Below are positions 38,928-49,691 of a stretch of 64,000 nucleotides of DNA, in pieces. The translations under genes and the position numbers were made by a program. The notes under the pieces are model-generated. The model made no database searches. It was not told the origin of the DNA and was given only the letters and a program-made list of their open reading frames with translations. Position 1 is the stretch's first letter; the number at the start of each line of letters is the position of its first letter. This DNA comes from Campylobacterota bacterium (GTDB lineage: Bacteria; Campylobacterota; Campylobacteria; Campylobacterales; Arcobacteraceae): positions 1-64,000 of the forward strand of contig JBNJFB010000003.1 of NCBI GenBank assembly GCA_051746405.1, read 5' to 3'.

Positions 38928-39740
38928 TTAATCTCTTATTAGTAGTTTTAAGCTTTTTGCATTAAAAAGTCTTAGTGTATTGCTTTTCATTGCTTTTAAT
39001 TCACTTGAAAAACCATTATTTGCAAATAGCACAAATATATCCACTTCAAGACCTATATCTTTACAATCTTTTATAAGTTTTGTTAGTACCGCTTTTTTTA
39101 TTTTAGAGTTTGTATTCTTGCAAACTCCTGCTATTATTTTATTCTCTTTTGTTTGAGCTATTACATCTATTTGCCTTGTTTTATCCCAGTATTTACCAAG
39201 GTCTTTTATTCCATCTTTTTCATAAAAGTCCCTTGTGTACTCCATACACAACTCTTCAAAAATAAACTCTTGAAATTGAGTAAAATTGTTATTAAATCTT
39301 TCATTAAACTCTTTATACTTTTTATCTTTTATACCTTTATAAATAGGAGAGACAAATGCAAACCAAAATCGTAAAAATGATGTTGTAAAAAGAAGTTTCT
39401 TTGATACTTCACTATTATTAACTTTTTTTGCTAAAAAGTTAAATGATGATTCAATCTCAATAATACCTTTATCACATAAGTTATCAACACAAGTCATTCC
39501 CTCTTCAAAGCTAACATGAGCCCTTTTAAAAGATGAATTTGTTCTTCTATCACTTAAAGCTATTGCACTTAAAATAGCATGATCTATATGATAACCACCC
39601 GTTAAAAGATGAACTTCTTTCTTTATATTTTCATAATTATTTAATATATGCTTTTTTATCAAGTCATCTAAGGGTTTAGTTGTATCAATGTCTATATCAT
39701 ATCCGCCAAATACTGAAAAGTACTTTATTGCTGTTTGCAT
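38928..39740 (-). CDS. DUF234-domain protein (wHTH plus degenerate PD-(D/E)xK-like C-terminus, no P-loop)
   Basis: FLRFWFAF, FEELC, GKYWD...QIDV...AGVCK; the start may lie upstream at ATT 39809. Confidence 0.75.
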   Translation of the reverse strand: MQTAIKYFSVFGGYDIDIDTTKPLDDLIKKHILNNYENIKKEVHLLTGGYHIDHAILSAIALSDRRTNSSFKRAHVSFEEGMTCVDNLCDKGIIEIESSFNFLAKKVNNSEVSKKLLFTTSFLRFWFAFVSPIYKGIKDKKYKEFNERFNNNFTQFQEFIFEELCMEYTRDFYEKDGIKDLGKYWDKTRQIDVIAQTKENKIIAGVCKNTNSKIKKAVLTKLIKDCKDIGLEVDIFVLFANNGFSSELKAMKSNTLRLFNAKSLKLLIRD

Positions 39741-39834
39741 ATCTTTGGGTTTGTTTCTTTCACAAAAAAGCGCAAACTGCTTTTTTGTTGATAACTCAAT
39801 TAAAAAAATGTTTTGCCTTTGTATTTTTTATTTT

Positions 39835-41121
39835 TTAGATTCTAAATAAATCTTTTGGGTTAATATGGTAAGAGTTTTTTGTTGCTTGGAAGTTTAAGTT
39901 ATTGCTTACACGTCCTACAACATAACCTTTTTCAATCCACTTACCAACTTTTAAAGTTGGAGCTATCTCATCAAGATGTGAGTATATTGTATGAAGTCCA
40001 TTTTTATGTTGAATAATAACAACATTCTCTAACATTCCTGAGTTTCTTTTTGCATATACTACTTTTCCATTTAAAACTGATACTACTTTTGCTTTTGGTC
40101 TTTTTGTTTTTAAAATCACAGATTCATTAAAAAGTTTGATTTTATAAACAGGGTCATAATATGTACCAAACTTTTTTACTACTTCAAATGATTTTAAGGG
40201 TGCTATTGTCTTACTTCCTCTATATCTTGTAATTTTAATACCTGAAGTTGAAGAGCCAATTTTTCTAACATCTAAGTTTAACTTTTGTGCAAACTGCTCA
40301 TTTCTTGTATCACTGTTCATTGCTTTATTTTCGTCTGCATTTTTCTTATTTTTTTTAGCAAGAAGTTTTCTTAATCTCTCTTTTCTTCTTTTCTCTTTTT
40401 CAATCTCCTCTTTTTTGAGAATATTTAATCTAGATAGTAAGTTTTTTAAAGACTCCTGTTTACTTGCAACCTCTTTTAGCTTCTTTTGGTACTGTTTATG
40501 CTCTTTTTCAAGTAAAGACAGGGAGCTTGAATGTTTTGTTTTTAGACTGTTTAAGTTTTGTTTTCTTTTTTCTCTTTGTTGTATATATGATGATATCTCA
40601 TCAATTTTATTTCTATTTTCCTTTGCATTTGATGTTATTACTTCATAGTTATTATTTAGCTTTAGTATTTTATCTTTTGCATTTTGAGATAATATATTAT
40701 ATATTTCACTATCTATTAGCCCCTTTAGGTTGTTTTTTGAAGCTAATTTTAAAGCCATTGATGTTGAAAAATCTTCTATAATTGTATTTACAATTTGAGT
40801 CTCATTACCTTTTTTTTGTTCTATTAAATCTACTGATTTCTCTTTTAGTTGTTTAATCTCTTGTTTCGATTTAGTAAGAAGTTTTTTGTGTTTCTCAATA
40901 TCTGAATTGATTAAGTTTATATTTTTTTCAAGTTTATTAATATTTTCATTCTGTTTATTAATTTTTTTTGAAAGTTCATTTATTTTTTGAGTGGTAGCTT
41001 TCTTCTTACTTAAGTTCTTATTTAGTATTTGTTTATTATTTCTTATTTTATTTTCAATATCTTTTGTTGAACTATAAGATGATGTAATTATAAGTAGTGT
41101 TATAAATATTAATTTAATCAT
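39835..41121 (-). CDS. envC: EnvC-like murein hydrolase activator (coiled coil + M23)
   Basis: Signal peptide MIKLIF, long coiled coil, degenerate M23 domain (TIYSHL); downstream of ftsEX. Confidence 0.8.
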   Translation of the reverse strand: MIKLIFITLLIITSSYSSTKDIENKIRNNKQILNKNLSKKKATTQKINELSKKINKQNENINKLEKNINLINSDIEKHKKLLTKSKQEIKQLKEKSVDLIEQKKGNETQIVNTIIEDFSTSMALKLASKNNLKGLIDSEIYNILSQNAKDKILKLNNNYEVITSNAKENRNKIDEISSYIQQREKRKQNLNSLKTKHSSSLSLLEKEHKQYQKKLKEVASKQESLKNLLSRLNILKKEEIEKEKRRKERLRKLLAKKNKKNADENKAMNSDTRNEQFAQKLNLDVRKIGSSTSGIKITRYRGSKTIAPLKSFEVVKKFGTYYDPVYKIKLFNESVILKTKRPKAKVVSVLNGKVVYAKRNSGMLENVVIIQHKNGLHTIYSHLDEIAPTLKVGKWIEKGYVVGRVSNNLNFQATKNSYHINPKDLFRI

Positions 41122-41932
41122 TATTAATCTTATACTTAAATAGAACCCCAACTATTGTTAAAATAGATATACCAAATGATAGTACAAATATTTTAAATAA
41201 TTCTAGGTTAAAGTTAACTTTTATATTTACAATGTTTTCTAATTCTGTTGGGAATAGCACCATCATATTATTAGAAATATAAAATAAAAAAGCACCAACT
41301 ATTACAAATGATAAAAATGAACTAAGAATAGCATAGTTTAAAACAGATGAGGCACTATAAAGCACAGATGCCCCATGAAGTCTTAAAATGGATATCTTAG
41401 TACTATGTTCATGAAACCAAAGTTTAACTTGTTTTGCTATTATAATTATAGCAAAAATTGTAATAATAAAAAATAGTATAAATGAAACACTGTTTAATAA
41501 AACTAATAACAGATATGTTTGATTATGATTTTTTGAAAATACTTCAACTTCTCTTATATTTTTATTTTTACTTAAAATATTTCGTATCTCATAAAGTTGA
41601 GAGCTTGTGGGAAAATTCTCTAAATAGATTTGGTAAAAATTAGGCAACTTTCTTTTTAAAAGCTGTATTGAAGAACTAGAGAGGTTTGATTTCATATTAT
41701 TTATTATATCGTTTTTTTGTAGTGTTTCTATATTTTTTACATCAATTCCTGCTAGGGTGGTTATATTATCTTTTATTAGTGGTGTATTTGTTACTATCAC
41801 TATAGAGTAGTCTTGTGAAATTTTCTCTTTATAGTTGCCAACTACATTATTTATAAGCAAATAGATTGTAAAAGTTAAAAGCATAGCTGTTAAGGGTATT
41901 AAAAAAGCTAGTACATTTTTAAGAAACTTCAT
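41114..41932 (-). CDS. ftsX: Cell division permease FtsX
   Basis: Four TM helices, ILRLHGAS, adjacent to ftsE. Confidence 0.85.
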   Translation of the reverse strand: MKFLKNVLAFLIPLTAMLLTFTIYLLINNVVGNYKEKISQDYSIVIVTNTPLIKDNITTLAGIDVKNIETLQKNDIINNMKSNLSSSSIQLLKRKLPNFYQIYLENFPTSSQLYEIRNILSKNKNIREVEVFSKNHNQTYLLLVLLNSVSFILFFIITIFAIIIIAKQVKLWFHEHSTKISILRLHGASVLYSASSVLNYAILSSFLSFVIVGAFLFYISNNMMVLFPTELENIVNIKVNFNLELFKIFVLSFGISILTIVGVLFKYKINND

Positions 41933-42581
41933 AAATCATACCATCCTCTAGTGAAAGCTGTCTAAATCTTATACCTAAATTTTTAGGAACTCTATGTGTA
42001 ACTACAACAATTGTAATACCTAATTGCTCATTAGCACCTTTTAATAAATTCCATACAACTTCAGCTGAATACTCATCTAGGTTACCTGTTGGTTCATCTG
42101 CAATTATTACTTTTGGATTATGTGCTAATGCTCTTGCTACAGCAACTCTTTGTTGCTCACCACCACTTAGTTCATTTGGATAGTATCCTTTTCTATGTGA
42201 TAGTCTTACGTGTGCTAAAAGTTTATTAGCTTGGTCTTGTGATACTTCATTTGAATAACCGTTTATTTTAAGAGGTACCATGATATTTTCTTCAATAGTA
42301 TATTCAGCAATTAGTTTATAGTCTTGAAAAATAATTCCAATATCTTTTCTTAGAATTCTTAATCTTTTCCCTCTTATTTTAAAAACTTCTTGACCTTCAA
42401 TTTTTAAGCTACCATGCTTTAATGGAATATCACCATAAAATGATTTAAGCAAAGTTGATTTACCACTACCTGAGTTACCACCAATAAATATAAACTCTTT
42501 ATGTTTTATAGTAAAATTACCTTTTTTTATAATATATTTATTGTCATCATAGGATAAATAAATATTCTTAGCTTCAATCAT
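41919..42581 (-). CDS. ftsE: Cell division ATPase FtsE
   Basis: GNSGSGKS, IFQDYKLI, LSGGEQQR, ADEPTGNLD. Confidence 0.93.
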   Translation of the reverse strand: MIEAKNIYLSYDDNKYIIKKGNFTIKHKEFIFIGGNSGSGKSTLLKSFYGDIPLKHGSLKIEGQEVFKIRGKRLRILRKDIGIIFQDYKLIAEYTIEENIMVPLKINGYSNEVSQDQANKLLAHVRLSHRKGYYPNELSGGEQQRVAVARALAHNPKVIIADEPTGNLDEYSAEVVWNLLKGANEQLGITIVVVTHRVPKNLGIRFRQLSLEDGMIYEVS

Positions 42582-43773
42582 TTCTTAAAATCTCTTCTAT
42601 TTTTTGATGTGCTTTTAAATTTGAACTTGTTGGTATTGGATTACCTTGATAGTAACTAATACTGCCATCTTTAATTAATAAATATTTACTAACAGGCCTA
42701 TCAAAGTTTCCCATTGTTATCTCTATTAGTCCAGAGTTTTCTCTATTTTCAATAATAAAAACATTTTCTATATGTACAAAGTAGTCATCTTCAACCACTG
42801 ATTTAATAGGAAGATTAGATATGGTTTTATTAAAATCATCTACTGTAAAATCAAAACTAAAATCACTAATAATATTTTTTTGTTCATCAGTACTATTGGC
42901 TTGTAAAATTACATCATAAATATTTTTGCCCTGTTTTTTCCATCTATCTTCATACTTACTACTTACATCTAAATCTTTATTAATATCTATTGTGATTTTT
43001 CCTTTTGGTAGATTAGTTAATAACTCTAAAGAGTAGTCAAAATATTTTCTACTATCTGTTCTTAGCTCTAATGTACCCATTGGTTTCAAAACTCTTAGTG
43101 ATTCATTTACAAACTCACTTGAATAGACTCTTCTATGGGGTTTTTTATCCCATGGAACTGGAAAATGTACAAATACTCTTCCAACTTTATTTGACTGTAT
43201 AAACTCCATAAAGAGTCTTGCATCATAATTAACTACAAGTACATTTTTTATCTCTTGAATTTCAAGTTGCTTTAGTAACTGCTCGATTGAAGGTGTATGT
43301 ATTTCTAAACCTATAAATTGAGTCTCAGGATTATTTTTTGCTTGGTGTATTAGATGTCTTCCACTACCAAATCCCACCTCTATTTGAATCTCTTTTGTGG
43401 TTTCAAAACTATTTACAAAAAAATCTATATCTTTTAAATATTGACTTTTAAGCTTTGTTTTATTTGAAATATTACTTGTATTTGAAAAAACAGTATCAGC
43501 ATCAATTGCTTTTATATAAGCATTTAATGCATCTTTTATAGTAGATACAGGTGATACTCTTGTCACTTTATCAAATTTTACCATTAGATTCTCATCTTTT
43601 GGTTTAATAGATAGCAAAAAATCTCTATTTTCATTATTTACAGCAATTTTATACTCTGTATTTCTAGTTTTGTTTGTAAAGTTATAGGACTTTGCTGTAA
43701 ACTTAAAATCAACACCATCTATAGTTGATGGTGTGTTTAATATATCTTTTTTTTTATAAATTATATGAGGCAT
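42574..43773 (-). CDS. trmB: tRNA (guanine-N7)-methyltransferase
   Basis: EVGFGSG, GLEIH, FPVPWDKKPHRR, LRTD, SKYE. Confidence 0.93.
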   Translation of the reverse strand: MPHIIYKKKDILNTPSTIDGVDFKFTAKSYNFTNKTRNTEYKIAVNNENRDFLLSIKPKDENLMVKFDKVTRVSPVSTIKDALNAYIKAIDADTVFSNTSNISNKTKLKSQYLKDIDFFVNSFETTKEIQIEVGFGSGRHLIHQAKNNPETQFIGLEIHTPSIEQLLKQLEIQEIKNVLVVNYDARLFMEFIQSNKVGRVFVHFPVPWDKKPHRRVYSSEFVNESLRVLKPMGTLELRTDSRKYFDYSLELLTNLPKGKITIDINKDLDVSSKYEDRWKKQGKNIYDVILQANSTDEQKNIISDFSFDFTVDDFNKTISNLPIKSVVEDDYFVHIENVFIIENRENSGLIEITMGNFDRPVSKYLLIKDGSISYYQGNPIPTSSNLKAHQKIEEILRND

Positions 43774-43777
43774 TTGT

Positions 43778-45052
43778 TTACTGCTTTTTATTGACTTTTG
43801 GCAAAATTAATTCTGCTTCGTCTGTTTTTTTAGACATTAACCCATACTCATCATTTGCTTGAATAGAGTATTTATACTGAACTCCATTTATAATATTATG
43901 ATCTTCAAATCTTAACTCTTTTATATCTGTGAACTTTTCAGTTTTACTTTCCCAAAAACCTGTTTTTGTTGTTTTATATATATTGTATGAAACAGCTCTA
44001 TTATCCCCTGCAATCCAGTTTAATATAGCTTTATCACCTTGTATTTGAGCAAGAGTCATATTGGGTTTTGCAGGTTTATCAAGTGTTTTTCCCATCTTTG
44101 AATCAACATCTGCACTTCTTAAATAATCTTCATCAATAGAGTAAACCTTATAGTAATATATCTTACCATCTTCATCTATATGGTCTGTAAAATCTAAACT
44201 ATTTTTACTAAACTCTTTATGTTTACTAAAGCCAATGTTCTCAAAAGGGCTTCTATAAATAACGTATTTTAGGATATCTTCAGTTGGACTTGGGTCCCAA
44301 TTTAAAACGATTTTTTTAGGTTTATCTTTTGTAATAGTAAGGTTCCTTACACTAATAGGTAAAGGCTTTGTTGTAGCTGTTACTATCTTGCTTGGTTGTG
44401 TTTCAATATCTTCAAAAGTATAAGCAATAACTCTATATTTAAATGTTTTATTATCACCTAAGTTTGTATCAATATATTCAGAATTAAGCCGACCTTCTAT
44501 TGTTTTTAGTGTTTTCCATTTATTGCTTTTTACATTTAGTTTTTGAACATCATAGTAAGCAACCCTTAAATCAGGGTGTGGTCTCCATACGATTTTTATT
44601 CTATTTGGCAAATCAGAAATACCTTGAACAAAACTTACAGGTAAAGCTCTTGGAGATGTTTTTACAACTTTTGCTTTTGTACTTTTTGATTCCATGCCAT
44701 TTCTAGCTTTTGCAGACATTTGGTAAATATATTTAGTATTTGGTTCTAGTTTAGTATCAACAAAGTGAGTTGTATATCTATTGTCAAGGGTTTCAATTAA
44801 TCTAAGTTTCCTACCATCTTTGTGCATATTTGCTCTGTAAAAGTTATATCCAACTACGCGTGGATCATCTACTTTCTTCCACTCAAATGCAATTGAGGTA
44901 ATATCAGAAATTGTTTTTACTGAATTTTCATCAACTTTTTTAATAGTATCATCAATCTTAGGTTTAATAGGTGTGTCTAAATTGCTTAAATTACAGCCAC
45001 TAATTAAAAGTGTTAAAGCTGCTAATGATGCTGTTTTCATCAATAATGTCAT
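43778..45052 (-). CDS. Fibronectin type III domain lipoprotein (FlpA-like)
   Basis: Lipobox LISGC; four FnIII repeats (W...Y.xYR...D..L...Y.Y). Confidence 0.85.
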   Translation of the reverse strand: MTLLMKTASLAALTLLISGCNLSNLDTPIKPKIDDTIKKVDENSVKTISDITSIAFEWKKVDDPRVVGYNFYRANMHKDGRKLRLIETLDNRYTTHFVDTKLEPNTKYIYQMSAKARNGMESKSTKAKVVKTSPRALPVSFVQGISDLPNRIKIVWRPHPDLRVAYYDVQKLNVKSNKWKTLKTIEGRLNSEYIDTNLGDNKTFKYRVIAYTFEDIETQPSKIVTATTKPLPISVRNLTITKDKPKKIVLNWDPSPTEDILKYVIYRSPFENIGFSKHKEFSKNSLDFTDHIDEDGKIYYYKVYSIDEDYLRSADVDSKMGKTLDKPAKPNMTLAQIQGDKAILNWIAGDNRAVSYNIYKTTKTGFWESKTEKFTDIKELRFEDHNIINGVQYKYSIQANDEYGLMSKKTDEAELILPKVNKKQ

Positions 45053-45986
45053 CTAAGGTCTCCATTTGAAAATTATTATTTAAAAAATTATTTATATCTT
45101 TGGGTAAATCTGCTTTAAAACTCATTTTTTCATTTGTAATTGGATGAGTTAAGTATAGATTATAAGCATGCAGATAAAATCTATTTATTTTATTTAAATT
45201 GCCCTTAAAACCATATAAATTATCACCTAATATATGCCTATTTATCGAAGCTAGATGAACTCTAATTTGATGTGTTCTTCCTGTGAATAGTTTTGCTGCA
45301 ATTAGTTCAAATTTCTCATTTTTACTTAAAGCTAACTTTAAAAACTTAGATTTTGCATATTTACCATTTTCAAATACTCCCATTTTTAACCTATTATTAG
45401 GATTTCTACTTATTGGTTTTTCAATTATAAGATTATCTTTTAGTGGTAAATCAATTATTGCAAGATAGTATCTTCCCATTGATTTATCTTCAAGCTGTTT
45501 TGATAAACCCAAGTGAGCCTCGTTTGTTTTAGCAACAACCATTACACCACTAGTTCCTTTATCTAGCCTATGAACTATACCATGCCTTTGTTCACCACTA
45601 ATAGTAGATAAAGATATGTTTCTAAGCTTTAACCAATCAACTAAAGTAGCATCTTTAACACTTGGTGCATCGTGTACTGTAAGGTTGTAAGGTTTATTTA
45701 ACACTAAAATATAATCGTCTTCATAAATTACTTGTACACATTTATCTTTTAGTGACTCTTCAATAAACTCTCTATTTTTTATTGGGTTTATTTGTGCTTG
45801 AGGAAAGTTTACACTAACTTCTTGATTCACTTTTAGTTTTAAACCTGTTTTTTTATTAAGGTTACCATCTACTTTTACAAACTCTTTTTTTATGAGTTGT
45901 TCTATTTGGTTTCTTGATGCATCAATATTTGATGCTAGAAACTTATCAAGTCTATTTTCTTCTTGAACAATAAAGTTTTTATTCAT
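45000..45986 (-). CDS. rluD: RluA/RluD-family pseudouridine synthase
   Basis: S4-like RLDKFL, NKP, HRLDKGTSG, TGRTHQIRVH; start 45986 or 46004. Confidence 0.9.
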   Translation of the reverse strand: MNKNFIVQEENRLDKFLASNIDASRNQIEQLIKKEFVKVDGNLNKKTGLKLKVNQEVSVNFPQAQINPIKNREFIEESLKDKCVQVIYEDDYILVLNKPYNLTVHDAPSVKDATLVDWLKLRNISLSTISGEQRHGIVHRLDKGTSGVMVVAKTNEAHLGLSKQLEDKSMGRYYLAIIDLPLKDNLIIEKPISRNPNNRLKMGVFENGKYAKSKFLKLALSKNEKFELIAAKLFTGRTHQIRVHLASINRHILGDNLYGFKGNLNKINRFYLHAYNLYLTHPITNEKMSFKADLPKDINNFLNNNFQMETLDDIIDENSIISSFNTFN

Positions 45987-46005
45987 ATTTAGATACTCTT
46001 TCATT

Positions 46006-47112
46006 ATGCGTTTATTTGATAAGAGAATTATATCCCATTTTGATTATTTAATTATTATATTTGTTTTACCTTTGGTGTTTTTATCACACCATTTAATAAG
46101 TGAAACAAATGAAATATTAGCAAAGAAACAATTAATTTACTTTGCACTATCAATTTTAGCTTTTGCTATTGTTTTTATTTTACCTATTAGAAAAAAAATT
46201 AGATTAATTCCATTTTTCTACTGGCTTGGTATTGCTCTTTTGGTAGCAGTGGAGTTTTGGGGTGTAACAAAACTAGGTGCAACAAGATGGCTGCCTGTGC
46301 CATTTTTAGATACCACAATGCAACCCTCTGAATTAATTAAACCAGTTTTTATACTTATGCTTGGATATTTAATACATAACAACCCACCACCAAGAACTGG
46401 ATACAATTTAAAAGATTTTTCTTATCTTTCATTTTATATTATTTTACCTTTTATTTTGATTGCAAAAGAGCCTGATTTAGGAACTGCAGTTGTATTATTA
46501 TTGATAGGTTATGGGATTTTATTTATTATTGGAGTAAATTGGAAAATTTGGGCAACTATTATTTTAATATTAGGTATTACTTCACCTTTTGCATATACTT
46601 ATTTAATAAAAGATTATCAAAAGAAAAGAATTAAAGACTTTATCTCAGAAAAACCAAGCTATCATGTTCAACAATCTATTATCGCCATTGGTTCGGGTGG
46701 ATTAATTGGAAAGGTAAGTGAGGATGCAACACAAACACAGTTGAAATTCCTACCTATTGCTACAAGTGATTTTATCTTTGCATATTTTGTAGAGAGATAT
46801 GGTTTCTTAGGGGCATTGGGATTGATTTTTATATATACGTTGCTTATAATGCATCTACTTAGTATGAATTATTATTTCAAAGATGATTACGTCATTCGTT
46901 CCTTTGCTTCAGGATTAGCTCTTTTGGTTTTTTTTAATATGAGTGTTAATCTTTTGATGGTTATTGGTTTTGCTCCTGTTGTTGGCTTACCATTGCCATT
47001 GTTTTCATATGGTGGAAGTTCATTTATTACTTTTATAGTTATATTTGCAATATTAGAGAATTTATTAGCTTTTAGATATATGGATATGTATAATTATGAG
47101 AGGAGATTATAG
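46006..47112 (+). CDS. rodA: Rod shape-determining SEDS glycosyltransferase RodA
   Basis: GATRW, QPSE, EPDLGT, IGSGG, TSDFIF, LPLFSYGGSS. Confidence 0.92.
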   Translation: MRLFDKRIISHFDYLIIIFVLPLVFLSHHLISETNEILAKKQLIYFALSILAFAIVFILPIRKKIRLIPFFYWLGIALLVAVEFWGVTKLGATRWLPVPFLDTTMQPSELIKPVFILMLGYLIHNNPPPRTGYNLKDFSYLSFYIILPFILIAKEPDLGTAVVLLLIGYGILFIIGVNWKIWATIILILGITSPFAYTYLIKDYQKKRIKDFISEKPSYHVQQSIIAIGSGGLIGKVSEDATQTQLKFLPIATSDFIFAYFVERYGFLGALGLIFIYTLLIMHLLSMNYYFKDDYVIRSFASGLALLVFFNMSVNLLMVIGFAPVVGLPLPLFSYGGSSFITFIVIFAILENLLAFRYMDMYNYERRL

Positions 47113-47116
47113 AAAA

Positions 47117-47968
47117 ATGGAAGCTCAACAAAACAGATTTATAGGTTTTGAAGATGATTTTTTATCATCAAAAGCAGTTTTATTTGGAGTACCTTTTGAT
47201 GGTACAACATCTTTTAAGCCAGGTGCAAGATTTGCTCCAAGTGCTATGAGAGAAGAGTCTTGGGGATTAGAAAGCTATTCACCTTATTTAAATAGGGACT
47301 TAGAAGATATAAAACTATTTGATTATGGTAATTTAGAGTTGCCTTTTGGTGATAAAATAGCTGCATTAAAAATAATAGAAGAGACAACAGATAAAATAGT
47401 TTCCTCAAATAAAATTCCTATTATGATAGGAGGAGAGCATTTGGTCTCTTATGCTACAGTTAAATCACTACATAAAAAGTATAAGAACTTAAAAGTTATA
47501 CATTTTGATGCCCATACAGATTTAAGAGAAGATTATTTAGGTGAAAGTTTTTCCCATGCAACTGTATTTAGAAGAGTAGCTGAACTCTTAGATAAAAAAA
47601 GTTTGTATCAATTCTGTATTAGAAGTGGTTTAAAAGAGGAGTTTCAATGGGCTAGTGAGAATATTTATATGGAGAAGTTTACATATAATACACTTGAGAG
47701 TAAAGTAGAAGAGTTGATTAAAGAGCCTGTTTATATAACAATCGATTTAGATGTTTTTGACCCTTCAGTATTTCCAGGAACTGGAACTCCAGAACCTGGG
47801 GGAATTGATTTTCATGATATGTTAAAGATTATAAAGATATTATCAAAGTTAGAAAATACAGTGGGTTTAGATGTGGTAGAGTTAAGTCCAAAATATGACG
47901 CAAGTGGTGTTTCAACAGCTGTTGCTTGTAAAACTTTAAGAGAACTAGTTTTAGCTACAATTAAGTAA
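47117..47968 (+). CDS. speB: Agmatinase
   Basis: GGEH, DAHTD, SHAT, DLDVFDP, PGTGTPEPGG; AGGAG upstream of ATG 47117. Confidence 0.92.
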   Translation: MEAQQNRFIGFEDDFLSSKAVLFGVPFDGTTSFKPGARFAPSAMREESWGLESYSPYLNRDLEDIKLFDYGNLELPFGDKIAALKIIEETTDKIVSSNKIPIMIGGEHLVSYATVKSLHKKYKNLKVIHFDAHTDLREDYLGESFSHATVFRRVAELLDKKSLYQFCIRSGLKEEFQWASENIYMEKFTYNTLESKVEELIKEPVYITIDLDVFDPSVFPGTGTPEPGGIDFHDMLKIIKILSKLENTVGLDVVELSPKYDASGVSTAVACKTLRELVLATIK

Positions 47969-47971
47969 AAT

Positions 47972-48001
47972 ATAAATAAAAGAGTTAACTCTTTTATTTA
48001 T
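47972..48001. terminator. Bidirectional terminator (perfect 30-bp palindrome)
   Basis: ATAAATAAAAGAGTTAACTCTTTTATTTAT between convergent genes. Confidence 0.65.
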
Positions 48002-48921
48002 GAATTATCTTTGATGATTTTTTTTACTTCATTTAGTAAATCAACTGAAGCATCAATTTCAGCTTTTCTAATTGCAACACTTTCAATATTACAGCCAACT
48101 GGAATACCTCTTTTTTTACCAAACTTATATAGCTCTTCAAAAATATCCCTAGATAGTTTTACAGATGCTTCTAAAATATCACCTGATTGTTTTAAGTCCT
48201 CTTCTAGGTAGTTTGGTATATTTATTCCAAGCCACTTCATAAAATCAAGTGTTTTAGTACTTCCACAAGGAGTTAATGTGAAAATAATAGGAACTAAAGG
48301 TAGATTATTCTCTTTTGCATATAAAGCATAATCTGTTAAAAATATTTTTGCAGCTTCTAAATCATAAACACACTGGGTTATGAAAAACTCACAGCTATTT
48401 TGAATTTTTGATGCAACTCTTAGATGTTCATCATGTTTTATTGAGTGTCTTTCAGGAATAGCAATTCCACCTAAACATAAGTTATTATTTACTTCTTGCT
48501 TTAGTTTATAAGCCTCCCTTAAAGTTATATTTGTCTGTTGTTCATGTGATGCTGCACCTACAAATACTGAGTGAACTTGATTCTGTTTTGTTTCTTCTAG
48601 CCAGTTAGAGAACTCCTTGGCTGTATAGTTACCAACTGCTCTATATATTATTCTTGGAGTTTCTAACTTTTGCAAATAGTTTTTTGAATACTCACATGGG
48701 TTTATGGTTTTTATAAAAGGAAAAGGTCTTTTCTCATTTGTTCTATGTGATTCATCTTGAATATCATATAAAACTAAACCATCTACATTTAGTTTTGATA
48801 CTCTTTGTACATGTGTGTTTGCTATTTGTTGTATCTCTTCTTGGGAATGTTTTACTTTTGGAGGAGTGACTCCATATAAAATAATTCCTTCTTTCTTATC
48901 TCTTATTTTATTTGCTAACAT
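47998..48921 (-). CDS. Methylenetetrahydrofolate reductase-like flavoprotein
   Basis: TPPK, GGIAIPERH, KIQNSCEFFITQCVYD, MKWLGINIP pattern of the MTHFR fold. Confidence 0.75.
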   Translation of the reverse strand: MLANKIRDKKEGIILYGVTPPKVKHSQEEIQQIANTHVQRVSKLNVDGLVLYDIQDESHRTNEKRPFPFIKTINPCEYSKNYLQKLETPRIIYRAVGNYTAKEFSNWLEETKQNQVHSVFVGAASHEQQTNITLREAYKLKQEVNNNLCLGGIAIPERHSIKHDEHLRVASKIQNSCEFFITQCVYDLEAAKIFLTDYALYAKENNLPLVPIIFTLTPCGSTKTLDFMKWLGINIPNYLEEDLKQSGDILEASVKLSRDIFEELYKFGKKRGIPVGCNIESVAIRKAEIDASVDLLNEVKKIIKDNS

Positions 48922-48990
48922 TAGTAACCTTAATAGATTTTATAAATTTAGATGTATTTTACTTACTTTTGTTTAAACTATTTTAAAACT

Positions 48991-49683
48991 CTATATATTA
49001 GTTTGTCGATTTAGTATAACTTTTAACATTTCAAGGTCATAAATATTAGCACCACAATCACTTTTATTGGCTTTGACTTTAATTAGTGATTTATTACTTT
49101 TGCTTATGTATTCATAAATCAACGTATAATCTTTTTTTAATAACTCTTTTGTATTAATAGTTTCACATAATGAGTTTTTAATTTGTTCTTTAAAGCTGTT
49201 TGTATTAAGTTTGAGTTTATCAAAAATATGACCACTTCCTTCTAGCTCATACTTATAGTGTATGGTTTTTTTATCTTTTATTAAACTTTTTAAACTACTA
49301 AAACTATTTACTTTTATTGGTAAAGTTTCATTTAAATTCTCAATTTGAATTGAGATAAAGTAATCTTCTAAAACATATGATTTAGTTACATTAAAAGCAA
49401 GCATCATTACATATATTAAATTTAAAGTTACAAGTAGTTTTGTAAAAAAAGCAAAAATTTTAGAGCTTTTTTCTCTATTTGCAGTTTTTATAATTAATAC
49501 AAAAATAAAAATAGAGTAAATAAAATATGTGGCAAATAGTATTAAGTTTTGAGTTATATTAAAGCTTTCTAGTTTCACACTATAGTTTATAAACTCTAAA
49601 TCTATTAAATAGTTAAAAATTAGTACAACAAAAATAAAAAGAGACCAAAAAGTATTTTTTAAAGATAGTTTATTGATTTGCAT
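48991..49683 (-). CDS. Hypothetical membrane protein (3 TM + small Cys-paired soluble domain)
   Basis: Hydrophobic N-terminal half; C-terminal NETLP...Y.Y...C...Y.Y...DC pattern like AspS/GspS-type domains. Confidence 0.6.
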   Translation of the reverse strand: MQINKLSLKNTFWSLFIFVVLIFNYLIDLEFINYSVKLESFNITQNLILFATYFIYSIFIFVLIIKTANREKSSKIFAFFTKLLVTLNLIYVMMLAFNVTKSYVLEDYFISIQIENLNETLPIKVNSFSSLKSLIKDKKTIHYKYELEGSGHIFDKLKLNTNSFKEQIKNSLCETINTKELLKKDYTLIYEYISKSNKSLIKVKANKSDCGANIYDLEMLKVILNRQTNI

Positions 49684-49691
49684 TTTTTCTC

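Noticed and set aside
45986..46006. Head-to-head rluD/rodA with almost no spacer as an anomaly
   Set aside because: The rodA / rluD-flpA-trmB-ftsEX-envC arrangement is conserved synteny in Campylobacterota.
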